Assembly (NCBI GenBank): GCA_963514005.1 | Contig: OY740806.1 | Span: 15,376,001-15,440,000 of the forward strand | Direction: 5' to 3' | DNA from: Raja brachyura | Taxonomy: Eukaryota | Length of the DNA stretch: 64,000 bases | Shown: positions 49,820 through 60,715 of the stretch, in pieces | Numbering within the stretch: position 1 is the first letter of the stretch | How the letters are laid out: the number at the start of each line of letters is the position of its first letter | The notes under the pieces: generated by a model | Databases searched by the model: none | What the model was told of the DNA's origin: nothing | The model's input: the letters and a program-made list of their open reading frames with translations, nothing else | Position numbers and translations under genes: made by a program

Positions 49820-50687
49820 GAAGCCAGAGATTCTGCAGGCTCTCATGGCACTATTAGACTTGGTTCAGCCGAGGTGGCAGGATTTCCAAAGTTACGACGA
49901 CCTCAGCAGTACGTACTTCGCAAATAAACTTGGTATCTTCGCCATTGGTTATAATACGAGATGGGTAGAGGACATACGATACCATTATACAGAAATCAGC
50001 TCCCAAGTGCCGGTTGGAAAGAGACTGAAGGACTATTTAAGTCCAGAAAAGCCAGAAGGCAAATTGATATCTGCTAAGCGTCAGAAAATGAACTGGAAGA
50101 AAGTTTATTATAAGGTTTTTGAGATCACGAAAAGCGAGGCGCGTTGTCTCGAGCTGCACTTTGCTTTTGAATGGATACCCATCGCACTTTCCCGAGCAGC
50201 CAATGACAACACTGTACAATATCTGCTTCCGGGCGGGATCCCGGATACCAACGGCCTCTATGTCATTGGCTGCGAAGAGGCAGAGAGTGAGGTTTTCTCC
50301 CCTCAGCGAGATTACGGGATTAGGGTGTTGCCGAGGGTTTCCCTGCAGCACGATTCCGGCAGCACTACTGCAGGACCATCGCTTTTGGAGAACGATCTTA
50401 ACCAAGGCAGTGCGATTAAGTCAAAAGTCCGCTACTGTTATCTCGGTGTGGCAGAGGAGAAAACCATTTGTCAGTGCATACTGCAACACTTTCAACCACC
50501 TGTCAAGATGCTGGCCGTGGAGACATGTACCATCAACAGCTTCCTTTCTGAAAACTGCCAACCAGGAGCCATCTCCAGATCTATTTACATCAAATTTATA
50601 GAAGTAGAAAAAGAGTATCTCTCTTCAGGCTGCTTGCAAGAGTGTTTGGAAAAAGCCATGGGGTATTCGTTACGGTTCACAAAGTAA
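49820..50687 (+). CDS. MSANTD2: MSANTD2-like coding exon 4 (C-terminal domain, stop TAA)
   Basis: Acceptor tttgttttttttctag|G. KPEILQALMALLDLVQPRWQDFQS...IGYNTRWVEDIRYHYTEISSQVPVGKRLKDY...SEARCLELH...SIYIKFIEVEKEYLSSGCLQECLEKAMGYSLRFTK*, closely matching the recalled MSANTD2 C-terminal half; 868 nt. Confidence 0.95.
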
Positions 50688-50942
50688 ATTCCAACCATAG
50701 CCAACGTATTCAATTATGACGTGCAAAGATTTCGGCCTGGTCACATTTAGAGCTTAATAATGTCAGGGGTTTGATTTTAAAGCTTCCCACATTCGCTGTA
50801 CTTGAAGGGTTTCAATACCATAATGGCTGAGAGCGAAGATGAAGAAAAAAAAATCGAGCCACTTTGGTCAAAACTGGATGGAGTGGAAGTGCGAGGCAGG
50901 AGCTGAAATGGTGATGGAGTTTGGAGTCGGTCTGTTCTGTGG

Positions 50943-50948
50943 AATAAA
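50943..50948 (+). terminator. First candidate poly(A) signal AATAAA after the MSANTD2 stop
   Basis: AATAAA about 255 nt after the stop. Further AATAAA hexamers occur downstream (e.g. 52011, 54021, 54921), so the true 3' end is unresolved. Confidence 0.3.
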
Positions 50949-53446
50949 AGCTCAACTCTGGAAAGTGGAGCCTCAGTACCTTAAAAAGGCTTTAAGGTCT
51001 AGGTTACAGTCCAGATGATGCACAGTGTACTCTGTAGGTCAATCAGTTTACAGTTGAGGACAAGAATGCAAGCTATGAACATACCTACATGCTACACTGT
51101 GGCAGTATTACTTGTATTCTGAGGTCTTGGCCTTGCCCAACATTCAAGCCCACCTGTCACTTTGGTGGTGATTTCATTGGTTTGTAGGCCATGTCACCAA
51201 TTGAGTAACAGACAAGTATTTCAGTCTGGGCGTAACGTCTAAAAGGCGAGGGGGAAAGATGGAATGGAAATGGGATTTGACTGTGCAAGCACGCCTTTTC
51301 TACTGAAAATATCGTCGAACTGATGAGGAAGAAATCTCTGGTTCCTTTTTCTATTGTTCAGAAGCTGCTCTGGAGTAGCCTCAGTTGGCCAAAGTGTTAA
51401 TCTGATCTTCCTTCTTTGATAAAATATAACCTTACTGTTATCAGAAACATAGTTCAGATAACCTCATTTTGTACGGATCCTAACCGAGCTCCAACCTACT
51501 CAGCTGCACTTGTTCTGGCTCATAAACTGATGTGCACAGTGCCTTTGAAAATATCCTGGGTTTGATTTGAGCGCACACTGAACATTTTGGCCATGGTGGG
51601 TAAATGCAGTGGTAGCAGATGGCCAAGTTTGTGAAGGATTGGAGTCAGGGTGGTGGTGGGGGTGTGAGGTCGAACCCTTAATGAGGAGAATCCTAGTTCA
51701 AACTACTCCATTATGATCTCCTAAGTTTATTGATCATGGTGTCTAAAATAACCAGGTGTGTTGCATCAACCGTTTCTACCTGGACTATTTAAAATCAGTG
51801 ATCAGACCCACCCTTGACATGTACTGATAACATTTACTAACTTTACAAAGAGTGCAGGCAGCGCCTTTTTGAATGAGGTTCAAGGCGAAGCTTCCATGAA
51901 TTTCTACCTTCAATGATACTTTAAATACTTTAAAACAATCATAAAATTCTGCAATTTTCTTTTTCAATTAGCTTATGAAATCGAGTAAGAGCTCTTGCTG
52001 TACAATCAGAAATAAAGCACCAGGCAGTTTAAGGGAAGTTCCTACCCAAGATATCTTCCACAATTAGCTAAGAAAAAGTGCAAAGCGCTGGAGTAACTCA
52101 TCGGGTCAGGCAGCATCTCTGGAGAACATGGATGGGTGATGTTTTAGGTCAGGACTCTTCTTAAAGGCTTAAAAAAACCTGAACAAGCTACTCTTGTGAC
52201 TGGGTTTGTGGATCTGCACAGCATAGTATTATCTGTTATGGTCTTGAACATTTCGGCTAGATTTTGCAACTGGTCAGTGGACACCCGTGAGATGGTGGAA
52301 GCTGGAACTTCAGTGTTGCAGTGTGCTATGAATTAGATTCACTATAATTGTGTGAAATGAAGGCACTTTATTTCCCAAAATAGATTTTGGTATAAATTCA
52401 CTGCTATAAAGGTAGGTCCAATGAAACCATTGTTTCCAAGTTAATATTCCAAACAATTTAAAATAATGGCCATTTCCACCTTATGCCATTGTTTTTCACC
52501 TTTTAAGTTGTAGTACTATAGACAATAGGTGCAGGAGTAGGCCATTCGGCCCTTCGAGCCAGCACCACCATTCAATGTGATTACGCCTGTTGAATTATTA
52601 GTGGAACCTGCTTGAAACATATAATATGGCGAGCCTTTGATATTTGGAAGATATTTTAAAGACTCAAGACTAAAGAATAACAGCTGCAGTCACAGTTCAG
52701 ACCTTTCAGGACAGCTACGTTTGCTGGAGTGAGCTGTGAAGCTATAACTAGCTTTAACCCCAATCCAAGTATTTCAAATCAAGTATAATTGTACTTTGCC
52801 GAATACATTCTCCCTAGTGTAAAAAGGTTGTGAATCTATAACTTCATAGAAAAACCCCCCGTGCACTATTGAGTAGATAATGCTGGAGTAGCTTTAAAAT
52901 TTCATATATATATTGTTTTCTGTTGATAGCCCATGGCTGACAGAACCAAGTGGGAAATATGCTAATATTTTCAAAAATACTGCAAAATAAATTTCATTTC
53001 ATTTTCAGGGTAATAGTGGAAAACCAGAGATTGCAAATCTTTCTTTTCCACCAGTTTAAAATAAAAACATGAAAGACACTGAGTTGGTTTGCTTCTAGAG
53101 ATTCCAAAGCACTACCAAATAGATGAGAAACGTTCCAGATTTGCTCTCCCATCTGTGCTTTTACAATATGGAGATAGCAGGAGTATTACTTTGTGCTTTG
53201 AAGTAAATAGACTATCATGCATTATATTTCTATTTGCTGCTGGGAATTACACATTGGCCCATTACACTTAGACAGTCCACACCTTTGGATCGGGTGCAAT
53301 ACTTTTTCAGGCTGGGTCATGACATGTCAACCTTGTATCCTCCCCTCTTTTGGGCAGCTGCTCGCTGTTTGGAGTTGCACACTACCGGGCCAAGATAATG
53401 AAAGTTATCCAGACTTGTGTCAGAATTCACGAGCTGGTACCTTTGG

Positions 53447-53448
<2 letters not shown>

Positions 53449-53480
<32 letters not shown>
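53449..53480. repeat. (AT)16 microsatellite
   Basis: Perfect dinucleotide run. Confidence 0.95.
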
Positions 53481-53484
<4 letters not shown>

Positions 53485-56400
53485 GTATATAGCAAAAAGC
53501 TTTAAGTATTTTAGGCCATTTAGTCTGAACAGTCATGGTGGGAACATTGATGTTTTGGCAGGCTGGGATTTTTCCCTGTAAATAATTGCAATTTGGATTA
53601 TCATATGGAAAATAGTAAGAGATCGGTCCTGTTATTCTCCCCACGTTGAAAAGAGTTCAGTGTGCTAATTTTATTCCCTTCCAGTCTGTAGGCTAGTGCA
53701 GCACCAATGCAACTTGTTATCTTTTTTTGTTTTATTTAATCTGGCTTTGACTTCCGAACATGATGTTTTTAAGAAGCAGTGCCACATTGTAGTCACAATG
53801 CAACAGTTTTAATGTCCGATGTGCCTTGTTAAACAGGAGCATTAAAGATAACTGAGGCCAATAAACCAATCTGACAACTAAATTGCAAATAAACCCCTAA
53901 TTGTACTAAACCCAATCAAACAAAAATAGTATAAGCTATCAAGGTCCAATGCTTTGAAATTTTACAAGAAGAGAGGAAATGCATTCATCGGAGTTGTCCT
54001 GCATCATTTATTATTATCAAAATAAACAAGTGATATGCAGAGTTTTAGTAAGATTTCATCATAATGTTTATCTGAAACATAGTTCGTGGGAAACTTTGCA
54101 AAGTTGGACATTCACTATCTTTTAATTAGGATTTGATTCCCAGCTTACTGATCCTGAATAAAATGCACCTTATAATTTGTGGGTCCGTCTAACTTAAATC
54201 AAGCTATCTACCTTTCAGAACCAGATTAGTGTATAGATTTGTTACAGTCTTGCTTGAAGCAGCATGCCTCTCGTACCTTCTCCACACTAGTCCTTATGTT
54301 GACTGTTACTTCGTGTGATTCTGCAGGTGGAAGTGGCCTGGTATCTTGCATAATTTTGGTTTTAGTACTTAAACATTGAATGCTGGCACATTATACAAGA
54401 CAACACGGCAGGTGTTGCAAAAAAACTCACATCACCTGCTCACAGAATCTTGCTTTCCTAAGGTATCACTGGATAATGATCAAGAACATTTACATACATT
54501 TAGTTCCCCATCCTCCACGTTGAAGGGCATTGAAACCAATAGCTTTTGCCCAGGATATTAGCTAATGAAATACAGCTCAGGAATTTTGTGGTGTATAAAG
54601 TTTAACACTATACTGGATGGTATCCTTAACCACAAGATTATTGGGGCAGCTTCCAAGTTTATATTAGACTAGAAGATCCCTCCAGTCTCCTTTTGGAAAT
54701 CATTAAATGTTTAATTCTGTTCTCATCGTCAGCTATTCTGTTAACTTTTAATTAGATCTGTGATCCTTCTGTTAAGGAAACCATTGAATGATTGTGCATC
54801 TGTATCCTAATTTTGAAGTGCTGGTGACAAGTTTCAAGAATCTATAACTTGGGCAGTCTGGAAACATTCCAATCCCACGACAAAGTGCTGGACAGTTTTG
54901 TGCGTAGCTTTCGACCAACCAATAAAGGCAGGGATGCTCAGCCTCCTGGACCTGCAATTACAGAGTCGATCTTTCATTGTTTTATTGGGCACACTGTTTG
55001 AAAACTTGCCTCGGTGTAACACCGAGGCAGCGTTGTACAAGCATTCAAATATATCAGTTTTAAGCACTCCCTGATTTACATAGGACCACTGCAATTCTCA
55101 TAAAATTGAAGACCAAATGAAACAGTCAGCAACACAAAACCCAAATCACTGGAGAAAATCCCCAGAGCAACGCACTGTTCTGTGCATTGACCAACCAGGT
55201 AGGCTGAACTGTATCATTCTTAGTATTGACACTGTTGATCATATAAAGATGAAGATATAGCTAGAAGTAACTTTAAACAAAAAAAAGTACATTTCTGTTT
55301 TGATTTTTTCCCAAAGTTTTATTTCCAATGTTTTTCTTTGCTGTAAGCGAACAGTGTAAAGCTTTGATTATAAACAGGGCAGTCATTCCTCTTGTGTTGC
55401 TGACCAATGATGCACATGGACAGTATGACGGCCAGATCAGGACATGGTGTGAAGACATTTCATCAGCGTGCAGCTGACCCTTGCACTAATGTCCAAGTAA
55501 CCACATTTAGTGGTGGTATTAAAACCTAATGTCGAATTTGCAACGAGTAAAAGTAATCACAGAATGGCAACGTGTTTCTTTCCATTTTTTCTCCTGAAAT
55601 ATTATGTCGTATTTATCCCTGCTGTTATTGATTATATTGTAATACTTTATGAAATGATTTATCCTTCAAGGAAAAAAATATGGCATCACTGCTGACTAGC
55701 AAATGCTTGAGACTGAAAAATAAGTATGGTATGGATTAGAATGTTGGTTCCAACATTTTTTTTGATTCACATTATTGAGGTATATAATCCTCTCTCACTG
55801 CCCCCAGTAATGAACTTTGGGGATTTTCCATTATTTTCAATGGAAACTCCTAGTGGCTGGGCTGCTTTGGTGAGATATGTCTTGTACTCTCTTGATGCAG
55901 CATTAAGCTATAAATTATTAGATATTAAAGATCATTATGACTTTATCAACTGTGTGTGTGGATGCCTTATCTAATGAAAGAGACCTTTCAGATTTTGAGC
56001 ACTAGAAGCATTAAGGATTTGTTTAAAAACATTACGAGGTGCACTCTATAACACCTGGACCATAATAACAAAATGTTTCTGTGCTGGGAATTGGTTGACG
56101 AGCTGATGGAAAACTGGCAGTCATTGACATACAGGAGTGGTTATTACCAGGCCCACATGCTATCCGGTCAGTATGGATGAATATGAATCTGAGGAAATGA
56201 TTCTGCTATTCGAGCTGTTTTATCGTACATTTAGTTCAGACCATTTGCATCTTGACTCCATATCACTGGGCTGTTTATCCCTTAATATCCGTAACAGAAA
56301 AAAACAGTTGTGATAGTTATCAATTCGACTAGAGGAACAACTTCGTCATAGAATTTGAGCATGAAGAGATTCACTGACATGGTTAAATCTAAGCATTTTT

Positions 56401-56546
56401 GACAATTCACTCCATCCAATAAATATTACTTTCTATACTCATAATTATGGTGATTCTGCTGCATCCCACAGCTCTTAAAATATAGCTCGATTTGGATAAT
56501 AAGTAATGGGTGATCAAACTTTTGCACACATTGATTCATTGACCTT

Positions 56547-56631
56547 AGGTAGATAAAAATGCTGGAGAAACTCAGCGGGTGAGGCAGCATAGGAATAGGT
56601 GATGTCTCGGGTCAAGACCCTTCTTCAGAAG
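56547..56631 (-). mobile_element. Very short (85 bp) Penelope-derived insert
   Basis: TSD ttcattgacctt (56535-56546 / 56632-56643); degenerate minus-strand core. Confidence 0.75.
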
Positions 56632-56794
56632 TTCATTGACCTTGCTACATTGATGCATGACACCTTAAATTACTTTCTCTCTGGTCCTGAGTTTCTCTTC
56701 ATTTCATAAAATGTAAAATTGGCACATAAGGCCACCAGTACTCTGTTTTCCAATGAACTCTGCTAGAGGAAAAAAATATTAGGTTGCTCTATGA

Positions 56795-57100
56795 CACAAC
56801 AGGTAGAATCACACTGTCTCGGCGCCAGAGACCCAGGTTCAATCAAAGCTTCGGGTGCTGTCTGTGAGGAGTTTGCACAGTCTCCCTGCATGGGTTTTCT
56901 GCAGGTGCCCTTGTTTCCTTTCATCATTCAAAACTCTGCGAGTTTGTAGATTAATTGGCATTTGTAAATTTACTGCAAGTGTATATCGAGTGGACGGGAA
57001 AGTGGGATTACAGAACTAATGTGAATGGGAATCGATGGTCGGCATGAATTCACTGGGCTGAAGGGCCTGATTAAATGCTATTTAAATTAAACTAAACAAA
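56795..57100 (+). mobile_element. tRNA-derived SINE
   Basis: gcgccagagacccaggttcaatc (B box)...gggtgctgtctgtgaggagtttgca...gggctgaagggcctg and an aaact-type tail. Confidence 0.78.
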
Positions 57101-57763
57101 ACTTTTGCACATTGAACTCCATCTGACATTAGAATTGCCCTCCAATGTGTTCTTATCTTGGCGATCTGGAACTTTGACCTCATCTACACTAATTAGAGCT
57201 ACCTATCTTAGTGGTGTTAGTAAACTTCAATATATTTAAATACTCTTTAATCCTTCATATAATTAGATTTTAAACTGTTACATGTAAACCGCTGAATGTG
57301 ATCATTGTCTGTGCGCTATAGATGATGATAGAAATGTAACAGACCACCAAAACCTCAAATATATTTATTAGATGGCTTCAGGCTGTTACACCACTTGGAT
57401 ATTTCAGACACTACAACATTGCTCTTGTATTGCTATGTATTCTCTGTTCAGCATGGTCACATAATCACATGAAATTGTAGTTTTCAGTGTCAACAGGTTT
57501 CAAAATGATCCCTGTTCTTAAACGAGTTCTTTGCACTGATTAGTTCTGACCTGATTTGCAATTTTCTGGTTACTAAGGGAGTCGTCAGAGCCAAGGTTTT
57601 GTTCAGTGGGCTGAGTTATCTCTTCCCAGCAACAGAATCTTTTGCACAAAAATAGGTTTTCTGCCTATACTAGAATGCAATTTGTGGCCTGACATATAAG
57701 TAGCAATGATAATCCCCTTCTATGTTGTTAATCAACAGATTATCTGCTTTATCTGGGTTAAAA

Positions 57764-57870
57764 ATAATAATAATAATAATATATTTTATTGTCATTACAC
57801 ATGTGCAACGAGATTTGGGTTGCAACTTCGAGATTTCGGTTAGCAACCCCCGAGAACAAGGTTTGTAAAA
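57764..57870 (-). mobile_element. 3' end of the same Rex1/Babar-type family as 5468-7210
   Basis: (aat)n + atattttattgtcattacacatgtgcaacgagatttgggttgcaacttc, near-identical to 5476-5533. Confidence 0.75.
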
Positions 57871-59109
57871 ACGAACAGATGCAATCAAATTTTGCAAACA
57901 TTGTTGCTTGGCTAACTCAAAGAAATATTTTCCAGTCAATTAAATGCCGTCCTTAATTATCCACCAACTAATAAGAGTTCAGTACAACTTGCTACAGCAG
58001 TGGTACAATTTTCATAATTCAGTTTTAGCCCTTTCTGACCCCTAATAATTGGTTATACTATGTATTTTTTCTTGATTATAATTTTGACTTAATTCATAAT
58101 TTAATCTTAATTGCAATGAAAGCTAATATATTTTTCATTACTCTTGTTCTTACTTCAACTCCATGTTTTTTGACAATAAGAATATATTAAGGGAGGTTTT
58201 AGTGCCAAATTGCTAGTTTTTTTTTTAAAGGCTTCAATTACAATGGACCAAAGAAAGTTGTCCACGCAGTGAATATTGAAGGGCCAAGAGACAGTCATGT
58301 TCAATATCTTGATGGTTTGGTGGAGTGCATAAATTCTCCATAGGTTAAAATGGTAATAACCAGAGAGACAAATTTAAAGATCACATTTTACAAAATCCAG
58401 AGGAAATATGACTTGCTTTTATGTGGCGAATTACAGCCTGGAATATACAGCCTTGAAGCTATGGAAGCTGATTCAATGATAACTTACAAAATTCTTAGTG
58501 AAGGAAATACTGCGTTACAGCGAATTTCATTCATTAGATACATTACAATAGGGCAAAATTCACTGAAGTGCATTTTCTGTACAAATTTCTGATGTGTCAA
58601 TATTTGCTTTCCAATAATATGTGAATCCCATTTTTGCTAAATCTCCTGGAAAGCTATCTCAGATTCAGATTCAATTTTAATTGTCATTGTCAGTGTACAG
58701 TACAGAGACAACGAAATGCATTACCCACAGCTGAATACCCACAGCTGCTTTGTCATATTAGTAACAGGAAAAATATGTTTTTCCATTACAGATCCATGTT
58801 ACATTTTTCTGGACATTTCATTTGAACTGGGGTCGGTTACTCCAAATCTAAGTAACTATTATTAATACTATTAATAACATAAGGTCATGTGATAGAAGCA
58901 GAATTTGGCCATTCATGTCTACTCTGCCAGTCAATCATGGCTGATCTATCTCCCCCCCCCCCCCCCCCCCAAAATGAGAAATTGGGAACGTTTCCTTGGA
59001 AATCATATTGCCGTGTAGTAGTAGAGCTAATAAGACTTGATGCTTCAATCCCTGTAATAAGTCGGCACTTGCTATTTGCAGTGGGATTGGGGTGGTGAAA
59101 GGTAGGGTA

Positions 59110-60715
59110 GGTACGTCATTGGGGTCATCAGGTGGGCACCCTCCTTCTTTGATGTTTCCTTGATAAGCTCACAACATCTCCAGAAGGTTCAACGGTGATA
59201 CCTGGTGTCCCAGTTACACCCCCCCCCCCTCAATTCCATACCCTCCTGTCTTCATCTTGCAGCCCAATTGTTATCTCTCCTTTTGATCCAAATCCAATGG
59301 CTGCTTTTTTCTGCAGAATTTGATAATGATTTGATTGCTTGTTGGAGGGAGCGACCCCTTACCCCCATTTTCTTTAATAGCCTGGTCATATATGTAGCAA
59401 CAAATCCCCTGCATCCCACTTCGACAGGGAAAATCTTGGTCTTCCAGCCATTCTGGGAAGCTTCAGTTGCCAGTTCAGAGTGCTTGGTCTTTTTTTCCTC
59501 TCATAAACTTCTTCAACATGGAACTGTCAATTCCACAATGTATGCCAACTTGGCTGTTGTGGACCACAGGACCATGTCTGGCCGGAGTGTTGTAGCCACA
59601 ATGTCTGGGGGAAACACAAGCCTTTTTTCTAAATCCACTTCCATTTTCCAATCCCGAGCAGGCTGCAGAATGCTAGCATCCACTAATGTTAGCTGGTGCT
59701 CTGGAGGTTGGCCTGCTGGTACAAATGTTGTGAAGTGGACATTTCCTGCCGATGCTGGTGGGGAAGCATTTGTGATCATTCACCTCTGTTCAAGGATTGA
59801 TGCCAGCTGTCTGAGAACGTGGTTATGCCGCCAAGTGTAACGCTCTTGGCCGAGGCTCTTAGTGCATCCTGTTAAAATGTGCCTTAGTGATGCAGATGCT
59901 TGGCAAAGGGAGCAAGTGGGGTCTTCTCCAAACCACTGCTTCAGGTTCTGGGATGATGGTAGCACATCATAAGTGGCTCTGATGACAAAACTTAGCCGAG
60001 ATCCTTCCATTTGCCAGATGTCACGCCAGCTGAGTTTCCTCTTTTCCAGGCTCCCAGTTAGTCCATTGGCCAAGTTAGCTTGGCCATTGAGACGGCCTTG
60101 GCGTGTCGCTCTGCCTCCTCCCATCTTCTCACCTCCTACACTACGAGCCGTCTTTTCTGCACTGATGTTGCCTTCTACCATTGGGGAGCTTTTGGGACGA
60201 GCCCAAGCCCGGATCTCCCGTGTTGGACTCGGCCAACCACATCCCGGGAATGAAGAGCAGACTTAGCATTCTGAATGGCTTCAGATGGGGCCCACTTCCT
60301 CCCCGTTGCCACACGGGAAGGCGCTGCTCTAATAACAGTATCTTCAGATTCAGTGAGCGTCATGACCAGCCTTGCTTTAGTGCATTTGAACTCTTCCACA
60401 AGTCCTGCAATGGGCAATTCCAATTTGCCACTCCCATGCAGTCCAACAGCACGTAAGCATTGTGGAAGTCCAAGCCACTGTTTCACATGTGTGCTGATCA
60501 TTTTTTTCCAGCTTTTCCACTTTGTTGATGGGGATTTCATACATAGTTAAAGGCCACATGATTCTTGGTAGTATGCCAAATTGGAAGCACCACAGCTTGA
60601 GTTTTCCTGGTAGCAAGGTCTTGTTGATGTGAGCTATGTGCATGATGGTATCCTTTTTCAGTTGTTCAAACTGCTCGGTGTCCTTGAGCTTTGCATCATA
60701 CCATCGGCCCAAACT
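59110..60715 (-). mobile_element. HERO-like non-LTR retrotransposon (RT C-terminus, CCHC knuckle, restriction-like endonuclease), 5'-truncated and frameshifted
   Basis: KSLGRWYD, KLWCFQFGILPRIMWPLTMYEIP, CSLCQASASLRHILTGC...RYTWRHNHVL, LRPDMVLWS...IVELTVP: the C-X2-C-X8-H-X4-C, RHN and PD..E motifs of RLE-bearing elements. Clade call is from recalled HERO signature motifs. Confidence 0.82.

Noticed and set aside
50037-50601. ORFs 50037-50405 (-) and 50119-50601 (+)
   Set aside because: Shadow frames of exon 4; only the 49845 frame matches MSANTD2.
49845-50687. 280-aa ORF as a stand-alone single-exon gene
   Set aside because: Homology extends upstream of the Met to a strong acceptor at 49819/49820, in phase with exon 3.
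3054-56631. Recurrent partly palindromic 28-mer as a CRISPR-like repeat
   Set aside because: Dispersed on both strands without regular spacers, in a vertebrate context, and part of Penelope terminal sequence.
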